Source of the DNA: a virus
Strand: one strand, 5' to 3'
Length of the DNA: 64,000 bases
Virus record (IMG/VR): IMGVR_UViG_3300046804_003518
Span: 124,324-188,323 of that record
The notes under the pieces were generated by a model that did not search any database, was not told the origin of the DNA, and saw only the letters and a list, made by a program, of their open reading frames with translations. A program made the translations under genes and the position numbers. Shown here one piece after another: positions 38,590 through 47,868 of this stretch. How positions within the stretch are numbered: the first letter of the stretch is position 1; every line of letters starts with the position of its first letter.

Positions 38590-38617
38590 TTGCATCTATT
38601 GACCAACAGTGTATAAT
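38590..38617 (+). promoter_or_regulatory. Sigma70 early promoter (leaderless transcript predicted)
   Basis: TTGCAT-16-TATAAT, ATG 7 nt downstream. Confidence 0.75.
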
Positions 38618-38624
38618 GGACGGC

Positions 38625-38894
38625 ATGGAAAGCAAACAACAAGTACGAATCGGTGACGTCGTCAAGAGCCTTGACTTCGTTGGTATCAGTGACTGCTACT
38701 ATGTCGGCCTCATCGTCGGCATTAATGAGATGGATAGCACGTTCCGTGCTAAGACGATTAAGCGTGTGTGGCAGGGTCAGGCTGACAAGAAGCCGCTCTC
38801 TGACTACTTCACTGCTCCTCTTCCTGGTCACGAGTTCTTCGACGACCTTGCCGAAGAGCGTGGAACCGAACCCCGCATCCAGGTGCTTGCCTAA
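38625..38894 (+). CDS. Hypothetical early protein
   Basis: IGDVVKSLDF...CYYVG.I.GI pattern; start set at ATG 38625. Confidence 0.65.
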   Translation: MESKQQVRIGDVVKSLDFVGISDCYYVGLIVGINEMDSTFRAKTIKRVWQGQADKKPLSDYFTAPLPGHEFFDDLAEERGTEPRIQVLA

Positions 38895-39193
38895 TGAACA
38901 TCGCTAAGACTATTCTCTCTCAGATCAAGACGATCGACGCTTGGGCGCTCAGCGCTTGGGGCGCCAAGGACTTGGTCGCCATGGAAGATGGCTTGAAGTT
39001 CAAGACTTCAGGGATGACTCCTTGGAAGGGCTACGTGTACGTTAAGTACAATCCTGTTCCTGACCTCTATGAGGTTCAGTTCTTCCGTCTTCGCAAGATG
39101 CGTGTCGAGGGCCATGAGGTCATTGTTGACAACATTGTCAAGGATGTCTACGCTCCCGAACTCGTTAGCGTGATTGATAAGTTTGTAGGCTAA
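38894..39193 (+). CDS. Hypothetical early protein
   Basis: MNIAKTILSQIK...ALSAWGA...DLYEVQF pattern common in phages. Confidence 0.65.
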   Translation: MNIAKTILSQIKTIDAWALSAWGAKDLVAMEDGLKFKTSGMTPWKGYVYVKYNPVPDLYEVQFFRLRKMRVEGHEVIVDNIVKDVYAPELVSVIDKFVG

Positions 39194-39194
39194 G

Positions 39195-39605
39195 ATGCAG
39201 ATCCCAGCTATCGGTTCTCTTGTTAGGGTGACGACTCGTTACCCGAGCAACCTTTTAGGCAAGGAATTTGATGACAATACTACTGTTGGTAGGGTCGTTC
39301 CAATTCCGGTCTACTGGAAGCACGAGACCGGTAACACATTTGCAGTAGAGACTGGTAAGTCGTATCATCCTATCTCGCTGATCTATGCTCATAGGGTCAT
39401 TGACCTTGAGATCATAGAGGGTAAGGCCCTCAACAAGACTGAGTTCAGTAGATTACTAACTATTCAGGCGACTGTTGCCGGCAGCAAGGGTAACATGTAT
39501 AATGTCACCTCTACTGGTGGTGTTTGGAGTTGCACTTGTACTGGCTTTCAGTTCCGTAATCAATGTAAGCATATTGCACAGGTAAAGACTAAAATTTATG
39601 GCTAA
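39195..39605 (+). CDS. SWIM zinc-finger domain protein
   Basis: VAGSKGNMYNV...WSCTCTGFQFRNQCKHI. Confidence 0.8.
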   Translation: MQIPAIGSLVRVTTRYPSNLLGKEFDDNTTVGRVVPIPVYWKHETGNTFAVETGKSYHPISLIYAHRVIDLEIIEGKALNKTEFSRLLTIQATVAGSKGNMYNVTSTGGVWSCTCTGFQFRNQCKHIAQVKTKIYG

Positions 39606-40647
39606 GAATAACGTACTCGCTCGTGCTATTGGTGGTGAACCTTTGTTCACTGAACCGACTAAGGCTGCGCTTTGCGATGCTCTTAATTGGTACAATTACA
39701 ATAGCAATGAGTCTGACTATAAGGGTTGGTTGAAGACCTATATGGTTCAGAACAAGTATTCGAAGACTGATATCTCCAAGGCTACTGAGAACACTCCTCC
39801 TCGTGCAATGGCTGCTGTTGCTCGAATGGAATCTCGTGGTGTTAACACTGGTGTTAAGGACCGTGTCGATTCCTATATTGCCGAGACGATTGCTGCATCT
39901 AAGCATGTGGAAGTTGTCGAGGAAGATACTGGTGTTGTCATTTCGATTCGTGACCGTATGAAGGAGGCTTGCGCTCCTCATATGAATTGGATCGACGAGC
40001 AAATCGATAACTTCGTCCTTGGTAAGCCATACAGCGATGAGCTATATGAGTACCTCAATGGTCGTGGCTGTAAGGCTGGCCATGCTCGAGTTATCCGTGA
40101 GGAGTTCCAAACGTACTTTGATGCTGCCGCTGCTCTCAAGGCTGGTGATCCAGTTGTGATGGAACATTATGAGCATTATGGCAAGAAGGGTATCAAAGCT
40201 GTCATTGCGTTCTACGAGAAGCTCGAGAGTGACCTTGACCAGCTTGAGCAGACTAAGAAGGCTGCTCGTGTCCGTAAGGTCAGGAAGCCTAACGTCGAGA
40301 AGATGTTGTCCAAGGTCAAGTACCTGAAGGAGTCGACCGAGTTCAAGGTTGGTTCAATTCATCCTCAGAAGGTTCTTGGTTGTGAACAGCTCTGGGTCTT
40401 CAACACTAAGACTCGTCAGCTTGGTCGCTACGTTGGTAGCAACATTCAGTTCAAGCGTTCTTCTCTTGTTAATGTTGACCTCGATGAATGCGTTAGCAAG
40501 AAGCTTCGCAAGCCTGAGGACTTCCTCAAGGTTGTAATGAATGCATCTAAGCCTCAGTTGAACAAGCAGTTCGATGCCATCAAGGCTGTTGCTAAGCCGA
40601 TGAATGGTCGACTGAACGAGTTTACTGTCCTGCTGCGAGTGTGGTAA
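39598..40647 (+). CDS. Conserved T4-like hypothetical protein
   Basis: ALNWYNY, IHPQKVLG...LWVFNTKTRQL, KKLRKPEDFL, NGRLNE..VLLRV. Confidence 0.75.
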   Translation: MAKNNVLARAIGGEPLFTEPTKAALCDALNWYNYNSNESDYKGWLKTYMVQNKYSKTDISKATENTPPRAMAAVARMESRGVNTGVKDRVDSYIAETIAASKHVEVVEEDTGVVISIRDRMKEACAPHMNWIDEQIDNFVLGKPYSDELYEYLNGRGCKAGHARVIREEFQTYFDAAAALKAGDPVVMEHYEHYGKKGIKAVIAFYEKLESDLDQLEQTKKAARVRKVRKPNVEKMLSKVKYLKESTEFKVGSIHPQKVLGCEQLWVFNTKTRQLGRYVGSNIQFKRSSLVNVDLDECVSKKLRKPEDFLKVVMNASKPQLNKQFDAIKAVAKPMNGRLNEFTVLLRVW

Positions 40648-40736
40648 TGAAAAGGTTTTTGATTGCTCTAGTTGTTATTGCTCTTGCCCCTTGGATCATT
40701 GGTTTCATTATAGGATTTACACATGGCTTCCAATAA
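40647..40736 (+). CDS. Small membrane peptide (29 aa)
   Basis: TAATG-coupled MKRFLIALVVIALAPWIIGFIIGFTHGFQ. Confidence 0.45.
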   Translation: MKRFLIALVVIALAPWIIGFIIGFTHGFQ

Positions 40737-40932
40737 GTATTCGATCTTTGTTAAGAACGCTGATGGTGGTATTGTTGAGTTTTTCGACCTCAGTAAGATG
40801 GAGGCAATCAACCTTCTGAAGGAAATGAAAGACGAAGGGTTTACGGAACTTGATATGGTTCCTACCTATAGCACTCCTCTGTTCACCGACACATTGGTTG
40901 CTCGAGAAGAGGAAGATGAGCAACTCGAATAA
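40723..40932 (+). CDS. Hypothetical protein
   Basis: Acidic 69-aa ORF, SD AGGA. Confidence 0.55.
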   Translation: MASNKYSIFVKNADGGIVEFFDLSKMEAINLLKEMKDEGFTELDMVPTYSTPLFTDTLVAREEEDEQLE

Positions 40933-41302
40933 CAACAATGTTATTAGCATGGCTGAGTTCCGACAAAGGAAGAACGCGCCAAAGCTAGAACAATCAGCAA
41001 ACCTCAGAGGGTTTGTTGAGGCCTACCACGAGGCCGGCCCTGAGACGTTGAGCATATTTAACGAGGCTATGCACCTCTTAGAGGCATATGGTTTTGACCC
41101 TGAGGGATTTGACAGAAGGGATGTTCTGCTGTTGAGGGAAGCCTTGTTTTCCATTATAATAAGGTATAGGGGTGAGTTCCATCCTCTCCATACTATGGCA
41201 GATGAATTCGATAAATACTTTAATAAACTTGAATTTTTCCTGGATACCGAATGGCAAAATGCCGATGAAGATCCAGACGATGAAGGACCAGAAAGAGCAT
41301 GA
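40916..41302 (+). CDS. Hypothetical protein
   Basis: Start moved to ATG 40916 (MSNSNNNNVISMAEFRQRK). Confidence 0.6.
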   Translation: MSNSNNNNVISMAEFRQRKNAPKLEQSANLRGFVEAYHEAGPETLSIFNEAMHLLEAYGFDPEGFDRRDVLLLREALFSIIIRYRGEFHPLHTMADEFDKYFNKLEFFLDTEWQNADEDPDDEGPERA

Positions 41303-42165
41303 TACTTGTTGACTTAAACCAGGTAATGATTTCTAACCTGATGATGCAACTTGGTAACCATACGGATGCCAAGATTGAAGAGGGCCTTGTACGACACATG
41401 GTCTTGAACGCCATCCGTTCCTACAAACAAAAGTTTGGGGAGGAATATGGCGAGATCGTTATTGCATGTGACGATAAGAACTATTGGCGTAGAAAGATCT
41501 ACCCATACTATAAAGCCAACCGAAAGAAGGCTAGAGAAGAATCGGAGATTGATTGGGCTACTATATTCGAATGCTTCAACAAGATCCGAGAGGAGCTAAA
41601 GGAATACTTTCCGTACAGAGTGCTGAAGGTAGAAACAGCAGAAGCAGATGACATCATCTCTACACTTGTTCACCATAATGGTGCATTGCTAATGACAGGC
41701 AGTGCCGAAAAGATTCTTATCCTATCAGGAGATAAGGACTTCATCCAGCTTCAAAAGTTTGTCAACGTAAGACAGTATGACCCTGTCCGTAAGAAGTTTA
41801 TCTCCCACAACAACCCTGATGTCTACTTGAGGGAACATATCCTCAAGGGCGACTCTGGTGACGGAGTTCCTAACTTCCTATCTCCTGACGATGTATTCAT
41901 TTCAGGCGGTCGTCAAAAGCCGGTACGCCAGAAGAGCCTTGACCAGTGGGTCAAGCAGGCTCCGGAAGAGTTTTGTGACCAGAACATGCTTCGTGGCTAT
42001 AAGAGAAACGAAGCGCTTGTAGACCTATCTAAGATTCCAGCTGATGTCTACAACACTATCCTTGCTCAATACAATGAGCAGGATGGTAAGAAGAAAGGTG
42101 ACTTGTTTAACTACTTCATTAAGTTCAAGCTGAAGAACTTGATGGAACATATTGGAGAGTTCTAA
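41299..42165 (+). CDS. rnh: RNase H / 5'-3' exonuclease (T4 rnh-like)
   Basis: MILVDLNQV, YWRRKIYPYYKANR, AEADDII, LSGDKDFIQL, ILKGDSGDGVPN. Confidence 0.95.
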   Translation: MILVDLNQVMISNLMMQLGNHTDAKIEEGLVRHMVLNAIRSYKQKFGEEYGEIVIACDDKNYWRRKIYPYYKANRKKAREESEIDWATIFECFNKIREELKEYFPYRVLKVETAEADDIISTLVHHNGALLMTGSAEKILILSGDKDFIQLQKFVNVRQYDPVRKKFISHNNPDVYLREHILKGDSGDGVPNFLSPDDVFISGGRQKPVRQKSLDQWVKQAPEEFCDQNMLRGYKRNEALVDLSKIPADVYNTILAQYNEQDGKKKGDLFNYFIKFKLKNLMEHIGEF

Positions 42166-42605
42166 TGAATAGTAATGTATGTGATGTATTTGAAATTGCC
42201 TGCCGTTATAAGACAAAGCAGGAAAGGGCTGATGTCCTAAAGGCTAACGATTCGTTTGCTCTGAAGAGTGTTCTTCAGCTTGCGTTTCATCCTAATGTTG
42301 TGGCAGCATTGCCAGAGGGTGCTCCACCATATAAGAAAGTGGACCCAATTCAAAACGATTACCATCGTGGTTATCTCCATGCTGAGTCTCGTAAGTTTGG
42401 TTACTTGGTTGAACAGCCTGGTCAAAACTTAAATAGAATGAAGAGAGAAAATATCTTCATTACAATTCTCGAATCGCTTCCTGGCCCTGAAGCAGATATG
42501 TTAATTGCTGCCAAGGACAAGAAACTACATAAGCTGTATAAGGGAATCACAGCTGATGTTGCTAAGTTAGCATTCCCTGATATCCTACCGGATGATGTTA
42601 AGTAA
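42165..42605 (+). CDS. Conserved T4-like hypothetical protein
   Basis: LQLAFHP...LPEGAPPY, KRENIFITILESL. Confidence 0.75.
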   Translation: MNSNVCDVFEIACRYKTKQERADVLKANDSFALKSVLQLAFHPNVVAALPEGAPPYKKVDPIQNDYHRGYLHAESRKFGYLVEQPGQNLNRMKRENIFITILESLPGPEADMLIAAKDKKLHKLYKGITADVAKLAFPDILPDDVK

Positions 42606-42620
42606 GAGGTTTATAGTTCC

Positions 42621-42818
42621 ATGACGATCAAGAAGTATTCTCGCAACCAACGTTTTGATGATTACGAGGACCGCCCATCAAAGCCTAAGCAGAGGGATCG
42701 CTCTGAAAAGCGATTACGTAATGCCTTGAGAACAAATGACTATGAAGTTCTTTCGAAGTTACACGATGAGGATCTTGATCTTGACGAAGAATTTTTTGAC
42801 GACGATGATCGAAGGTAA
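42621..42818 (+). CDS. Small charged hypothetical protein
   Basis: SD GAGG; basic N-terminus, acidic C-terminus. Confidence 0.55.
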   Translation: MTIKKYSRNQRFDDYEDRPSKPKQRDRSEKRLRNALRTNDYEVLSKLHDEDLDLDEEFFDDDDRR

Positions 42819-42823
42819 TATTA

Positions 42824-43036
42824 ATGTATGAATTATACATATACCACATAACGTGGTTTATTCTAAGCTCTGCTTTTGGATACTGGATGTATACAAGAGG
42901 AGCAACGCTTGGAGTCAAGGCTGGTGTTAAGGCCGCTTCCCTATACCTTGTATTAAATGGACAAGAAAAAGATGTTCCTGCCCTACTAGATTTCGTAAAT
43001 GATCTAAGTGGTGGAAACATTGAGAAGTATAAATAA
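42824..43036 (+). CDS. Small membrane-anchored hypothetical protein
   Basis: N-terminal hydrophobic helix. Confidence 0.5.
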   Translation: MYELYIYHITWFILSSAFGYWMYTRGATLGVKAGVKAASLYLVLNGQEKDVPALLDFVNDLSGGNIEKYK

Positions 43037-43068
43037 AACATATGCCAAAATATCCAGAATACTAAATA
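43028..43068 (+). promoter_or_regulatory. Late promoter(s) for HNH endonuclease
   Basis: TATAAATA at 43028 and ACTAAATA at 43061; hairpin TATAGG-TAG-CCTATA (43069-43083) over the SD. Confidence 0.55.
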
Positions 43069-43086
43069 TATAGGTAGCCTATACAT

Positions 43087-43536
43087 TTGGAAATAAACGT
43101 GGATATACAAACTAATCAAAGACTTCCTTCAGTTAAGAAAGGATACTATACTAAAACCAAGAATCCTGTTGACACATACCTAAAGTCAGTGTTTAGTCAA
43201 CAAAAATATGACTCAGATAAAAATCATAGAGACATAGTTTGGACACTGTCATTTGACGAATGGAAAGAAATAGCTCAGCAGAATTGTTATACGTGTGGTG
43301 CCGCACCGGAAATGAGACAAGGCAAGTTTCACTCCAAACGGGGCAAGCAAGTTCCTATAAATGGTTTAGATAGGTTTGATAGTTCCAAGGGATACACGAA
43401 GCAAAATGTTAGACCTTGCTGTTCAAGATGTAATTATATGAAGCATAAAATGACACACGAAATTTTTCTTGAACACATTGAGAAAATTTTAGACTTTCAA
43501 AAAAAGGATAAATCCCTTGCCAACATACACATTTGA
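43087..43536 (+). CDS. HNH-type (His-Me) homing endonuclease
   Basis: CYTCG...NGLDRFDSSKGYTKQNVRPCCSRCNYMK. Confidence 0.85.
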   Translation: MEINVDIQTNQRLPSVKKGYYTKTKNPVDTYLKSVFSQQKYDSDKNHRDIVWTLSFDEWKEIAQQNCYTCGAAPEMRQGKFHSKRGKQVPINGLDRFDSSKGYTKQNVRPCCSRCNYMKHKMTHEIFLEHIEKILDFQKKDKSLANIHI

Positions 43537-43753
43537 AAACACCCTAACGGGTGAAGTCATTGAGGAGTTTATGTCGATCTCCGCGCGAGACGAGTACCTC
43601 GCTGCCAACCCTCACCTCAAGACTATTATCACACAGGCTCCGCCTATAGGAGATCCACACCGCCTCGGTCTTAAAAAGCCAGATGCTGGGTTCCGTGACG
43701 TCCTTAAAAATATTAAATCCCATCATAAGAGATCAAATATTAATACTTGGTAG
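43517..43753 (+). CDS. FmdB-like putative regulatory protein
   Basis: MPTYTFENTLTGEVIEEFMSIS...KKPDAGFRDVLKNIK. Confidence 0.75.
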   Translation: MPTYTFENTLTGEVIEEFMSISARDEYLAANPHLKTIITQAPPIGDPHRLGLKKPDAGFRDVLKNIKSHHKRSNINTW

Positions 43754-44348
43754 ATAAAAATTCCCACCGCCAGGAGCCATCGTTGTTATACACACGCCGT
43801 CTTCTAGAAGCTGAATCTGATAGGAGTTTTTTTGTTGACTCTTCGACAATTCTACCCTTCTGTTTATTCCTCTTGGCCTGCTTAGCACTTTCAGGACACA
43901 CCTTACCCTTATTTGGACTAGGCTTACCCTTTCGAGCCTCCGACATTTTTTTCTTAGTTTCGTCTGAGAGCTTTCTACCTTTTAGTTTGCTACCTTGCAT
44001 AGCATACCTCTTTTTTAATGATGAACGCGTACGCTCCAATGATTCTTCTGTGTGCACAATACCACCTCGTACATTCTGGTTTAGCCAGTCAGTTTTTTTG
44101 CATACGTTTAATCTTTCTAGTACTCTGCCTTCCCATTCAACAGCTTGCTCTGGTGTTTCAAACACCCGCCTGATTTCGTATTCAAAGGATTTGGGCCCGT
44201 ATTCTTCAATTAAGGAATGTACGGCTCTAGAGGAGGTAAAATAATTTTGCCATAAATCATCAGGGTGACAATCTTTAGCAAACTTTACACCATAATATTT
44301 CTTGCCTGTTGGTTTATGTCTCAAGTAATAAGTGAATGGAGTGGTCAT
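43740..44348 (-). CDS. GIY-YIG homing endonuclease with NUMOD3 repeats
   Basis: FTYYL...TGKKYYGVK, YFTSS, WLNQN; KGRKLSDETKKKMSEARKGK. Confidence 0.88.
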   Translation of the reverse strand: MTTPFTYYLRHKPTGKKYYGVKFAKDCHPDDLWQNYFTSSRAVHSLIEEYGPKSFEYEIRRVFETPEQAVEWEGRVLERLNVCKKTDWLNQNVRGGIVHTEESLERTRSSLKKRYAMQGSKLKGRKLSDETKKKMSEARKGKPSPNKGKVCPESAKQAKRNKQKGRIVEESTKKLLSDSASRRRRVYNNDGSWRWEFLSTKY

Positions 44349-44375
44349 TTTGGCTACTGTATGGCTATGATGTTA

Positions 44376-44383
44376 TATTTATA
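44376..44383 (-). promoter_or_regulatory. T4-type late promoter on the minus strand
   Basis: TATTTATA on + = TATAAATA on -, 28 nt upstream of the GIY-YIG start. Confidence 0.7.
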
Positions 44384-44420
44384 ATTTCTTTCAACACATG
44401 GTAACAAAGGGTAGTACTCG

Positions 44421-45131
44421 ATGCCAAACAAAGCTAAGAAGAAACTTCGTCTAGTCGCAAACGGCAATCAACATCAGCAAGGAGTAAAGCTACATCAAAT
44501 ATATCCAATAACAAAAGCACAGCAAAAAGTATTCGAATCATTCTATAAATCACATTTGCTGTTACATGGTATCGCAGGCACAGGAAAGACATTCGTCAGC
44601 CTCTACCTCGCTCTAAAAGAAGTATTAGAGCACAAAGGTTTCAAACGTATAGCAATTGTTCGCAGTTGCGTTCCAACAAGAGAGATTGGCTTCATGCCAG
44701 GTACACTTGAAGAGAAGTTAAGTGTATATGAACAACCATATAAAGAAATTGTTAACTGTCTAACTCAGAGAGCAGATGGGTATGACCTACTCAAAGATGC
44801 TGGAGTGATTGAGTTTATGTCAACATCCTATATAAGGGGTCTGACATTAGACAATACAATTATCCTTGTAGATGAAATTCAAAACATGACATTTGGTGAA
44901 CTTGATTCGGTCATTACGAGAGTTGGTGACTATTCTAAGATTATCTTTTGTGGTGACTATAGACAAACAGACCTTCAATCATCTAGAGATAAATCTGGTT
45001 TACAAGACTTTATGAAGATCCTAAACACCGTAGCAGATGTTGACTATATTGAGTTTTTAGTGGATGATATTGTGAGATCAGGATTTGTTAAGAAATACAT
45101 CATCGCTAAGATGGAGTTAGGAATTGGATAG
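44421..45131 (+). CDS. phoH: PhoH-family ATPase
   Basis: HGIAGTGKT, GFMPGTLEEK, YIRGLTLDN, VDEIQN, ITRVG, CGDYRQTDL, IVRSGFVK. Confidence 0.95.
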   Translation: MPNKAKKKLRLVANGNQHQQGVKLHQIYPITKAQQKVFESFYKSHLLLHGIAGTGKTFVSLYLALKEVLEHKGFKRIAIVRSCVPTREIGFMPGTLEEKLSVYEQPYKEIVNCLTQRADGYDLLKDAGVIEFMSTSYIRGLTLDNTIILVDEIQNMTFGELDSVITRVGDYSKIIFCGDYRQTDLQSSRDKSGLQDFMKILNTVADVDYIEFLVDDIVRSGFVKKYIIAKMELGIG

Positions 45132-45850
45132 TGCTATACGCTTTAGGTGATAGTTTTACCTACGGTTTTAATTTTAAGAATAAGCGAGAGAGGGTAGAGT
45201 CAGTTTGGCCTACCCATCTCGCTAACTTACTTTCCGTACCTTGTAAAAACTTAGCACTACCTGGTGCCAGCAACTGGCGAATGGCCCGGCAACTATTGTC
45301 ATTGCCTCTTACAAAAGATGACATTGTTGTAGCTGCACTTACAACGTATGTAAGGTTTGAGTTTGGAGTTAATAAAAAGCATAAGATGCCTCCAGCCAAC
45401 CTTCCAGGAGATATCAATGAAGTAGATGGGGATATGATAACAAAAAGATTCTTCCCCCAACTAACTGAAAGAACAACATGCGAGGCAACAAAGACCTTTA
45501 ACACATTGGCATTTGATACATTTTGTAACGAGCTTTGGTTTGGACAAATGCACCACGTAATGTGTAGTGCGATTGCCTATCGTTTACAAGCTGTTGGTTG
45601 TAGAGGTATCCTGTTTAATGCGTGGTCAGATCACAACCCAATAGTTGATGTGCCCTACTTTCTCTTGCCAGGAACAACAATGCATAAGGCAATAGAACTA
45701 CCTGAGTTAGCTGGAACTCCAATCCAGTATTGGTCAAAACAACAGCATCAGTCAATTGCAGATATCTTATATAGACATCTCAATGGTGAGCAAATTGAAT
45801 CACCAATTAACAATTATAACGCATCTACAGACTTGGATAATTTTTACTAA
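45131..45850 (+). CDS. SGNH-hydrolase-like protein
   Basis: YALGDSFTYG, WP..LA, NLALPGASN. Confidence 0.65.
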   Translation: MLYALGDSFTYGFNFKNKRERVESVWPTHLANLLSVPCKNLALPGASNWRMARQLLSLPLTKDDIVVAALTTYVRFEFGVNKKHKMPPANLPGDINEVDGDMITKRFFPQLTERTTCEATKTFNTLAFDTFCNELWFGQMHHVMCSAIAYRLQAVGCRGILFNAWSDHNPIVDVPYFLLPGTTMHKAIELPELAGTPIQYWSKQQHQSIADILYRHLNGEQIESPINNYNASTDLDNFY

Positions 45851-46539
45851 TGATACCATCAAATTTTAATTTAAGAATTAACGAATATCAATTCTCAAAA
45901 CTTGAGAGAATTGATGGTGAACCTAGACGGTATGTTTTACCAGATGGAGGCCAAGTTCCTTCTGTAACATCTGTAACAGGCCTAACAACCAAGGATGGAA
46001 TTCTTAAATGGAGACAAAAGGTTGGGGAACAAGAAGCAAATAGAATATCCAAAAAGGCTTCCGGTAGAGGAACAGTTGTTCACAACCTAACAGAAAAATA
46101 TATTCTAAACGATAGTAAATTTAAAGAATCTTATGATAAGGCAATGCCTGACGCCAAAGATCTTTTTAGAAAGCTTCAGTCGGTCCTAAATCAATATGTG
46201 ACTGAAATTAGGGCATTGGAAACCCCAATATGGTCTTCCTATCTAAAGGTTGCTGGTACCGTAGATTGTATTGGTATGTTTGAGGGCAAACTTAGCGTCA
46301 TTGATTTTAAAACTGCAAGTAAGACAAAAGAGGAGCGGTATATAGATCACTACTTCATGCAAACATCAGCTTATGCATGCGCTTGGTATGAACTTACTGG
46401 AGAACCGATAAATAACTTAGTAGTTTTGATTGCTAATGATGAGGATATCAGACCTCAAATATTCAGAAAAACTACATATCAATACCTAACTATGTTCAAG
46501 CAGGCTAGGGATAGTTTTTACCAACAATACGGGTTTTAA
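45850..46539 (+). CDS. PD-(D/E)xK exonuclease (Cas4/lambda-exo-like)
   Basis: PSVTSV, ASGRGTVVH, AGTVDCI, IDFKTASK, YFMQTSAYA. Confidence 0.9.
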   Translation: MIPSNFNLRINEYQFSKLERIDGEPRRYVLPDGGQVPSVTSVTGLTTKDGILKWRQKVGEQEANRISKKASGRGTVVHNLTEKYILNDSKFKESYDKAMPDAKDLFRKLQSVLNQYVTEIRALETPIWSSYLKVAGTVDCIGMFEGKLSVIDFKTASKTKEERYIDHYFMQTSAYACAWYELTGEPINNLVVLIANDEDIRPQIFRKTTYQYLTMFKQARDSFYQQYGF

Positions 46540-46540
46540 A

Positions 46541-46714
46541 ATGTCAGAAAGTAATACAGAAACCGGTACAGTTGTTATGTCGGTGGAGTTGCCAGAAGGC
46601 GATCTCAAAACATACAAGAATAATTTTGCGGCTAATATCATATACACAAGCACGGCGTCAAACACTGTAGTACTTCATGTCAATACACAGGCTAAAACAG
46701 GAGAGTATCTATGA
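46541..46714 (+). CDS. Small hypothetical protein (57 aa)
   Basis: MSESNTETGTVVMSVELP...; ATGA overlap with the next gene. Confidence 0.5.
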   Translation: MSESNTETGTVVMSVELPEGDLKTYKNNFAANIIYTSTASNTVVLHVNTQAKTGEYL

Positions 46715-47142
46715 GCTTTTATGGCGCAAAAACATTTAGAGGTTTATTTTCCGCCCACAAACAACGTCTAGCAGGAAACGCAAGTTATCGTTTTGGTGGA
46801 GCACATCATCAAGTCGCCTACGATACAGTCAGTGGTGCTGAAGTACCTGTAACTCTACACAGCTCAGGCGTTAATGTAATTGCAGCTGGCGAGAATGATG
46901 TGGTATCAGTTGTGCTAATGGGATTAAGTCCAACAGCACCAGCAACGTTTTCTGACGTGTCCTTTTTAGATGTAAATGGACCAGCTGTATTAGCAGCAAA
47001 TCAATATGGTCTTGTATTGGAGGGCTCAGTTGCAGCTGGCGACGAAACCTTGGATGCTGAAACAGATATTCATCTTGTTCAGCCTGAGGCTTCTATCAGC
47101 GGTAATGCAAAGCTAGTTGTATTTGGTTACCAACAAAACTAA
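46711..47142 (+). CDS. Hypothetical beta-rich protein (paralogue family, copy 1)
   Basis: Shares L.ANQYGLVLEGSV...ISGNAKLVVF pattern with neighbours. Confidence 0.6.
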   Translation: MSFYGAKTFRGLFSAHKQRLAGNASYRFGGAHHQVAYDTVSGAEVPVTLHSSGVNVIAAGENDVVSVVLMGLSPTAPATFSDVSFLDVNGPAVLAANQYGLVLEGSVAAGDETLDAETDIHLVQPEASISGNAKLVVFGYQQN

Positions 47143-47154
47143 TAGGGTAAACCG

Positions 47155-47655
47155 ATGAACTACGTTACCAAAGTATTTCCAGATTTTGTAGTTAGTAGAT
47201 CACCACTACCAGCTGACAGTATAATTGCGTTTGATGTGAGTGTGGGTGACTTACTATACAGAACAAATGATGGTAGCGTTCTTACGTTCTTAGAAGGAAC
47301 ATCAAATACATCCCTTGTTGGTACAACTCTAAATCCAGACACCCTTTTGTCAATACCAAATGTATTTGGTCCAGGGCCTATCCGTTTTCTTACTGGTAAC
47401 ACACAACCATTTAGTTACACAGTTGTAGTTCTAAGAGATAAAAATGCTGTCAATCCTCAGCTAATTAATGTTAGCGATTCATATACGGTTCCAGCCAATA
47501 CCTTTGCTGTTCTTGTAGAGGGTACTATCACTGCACCAGTAGGTAATACAACTACGACAATGAATGTCGACGAAGATATTTACGCCATTGGCAAAAAGGA
47601 ACAACAGTATACAGTAACTGGAAACGGAAAGTTAGTTATATTTGATATTAACTAA
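47155..47655 (+). CDS. Hypothetical beta-rich protein (paralogue family, copy 2)
   Basis: VPANTFAVLVEGTI...VTGNGKLVIF. Confidence 0.6.
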   Translation: MNYVTKVFPDFVVSRSPLPADSIIAFDVSVGDLLYRTNDGSVLTFLEGTSNTSLVGTTLNPDTLLSIPNVFGPGPIRFLTGNTQPFSYTVVVLRDKNAVNPQLINVSDSYTVPANTFAVLVEGTITAPVGNTTTTMNVDEDIYAIGKKEQQYTVTGNGKLVIFDIN

Positions 47656-47664
47656 AAACGTTTT

Positions 47665-47868
47665 ATGGATAATGAACATTTCGAAGAAGTGATCTATAAA
47701 CCTCTAACAAAGCAAAAGGTTATAGGAACAATTAATGTTGTAACTGCTAGTGGCAAGGTATTGAAAAAGCCAATTAGGGAAATTACAATAGGGATATTCA
47801 ATAAGCAGACAGATGACCTTATTGCTGAAATAAATTATCGTATTCATCATTTTGCTAAGCAGGTTTAA
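47665..47868 (+). CDS. Small hypothetical protein
   Basis: TAATG coupling to the next gene. Confidence 0.5.
   Translation: MDNEHFEEVIYKPLTKQKVIGTINVVTASGKVLKKPIREITIGIFNKQTDDLIAEINYRIHHFAKQV

Noticed and set aside
43747-44244. 165-aa + strand ORF
   Set aside because: Antisense shadow of the GIY-YIG gene, which has clear motifs and its own promoter.
45850-46539. Cas4 / CRISPR adaptation gene
   Set aside because: Lacks the Fe-S cysteine set and any cas or array context; matches the common T4-like PD-(D/E)xK exonuclease.
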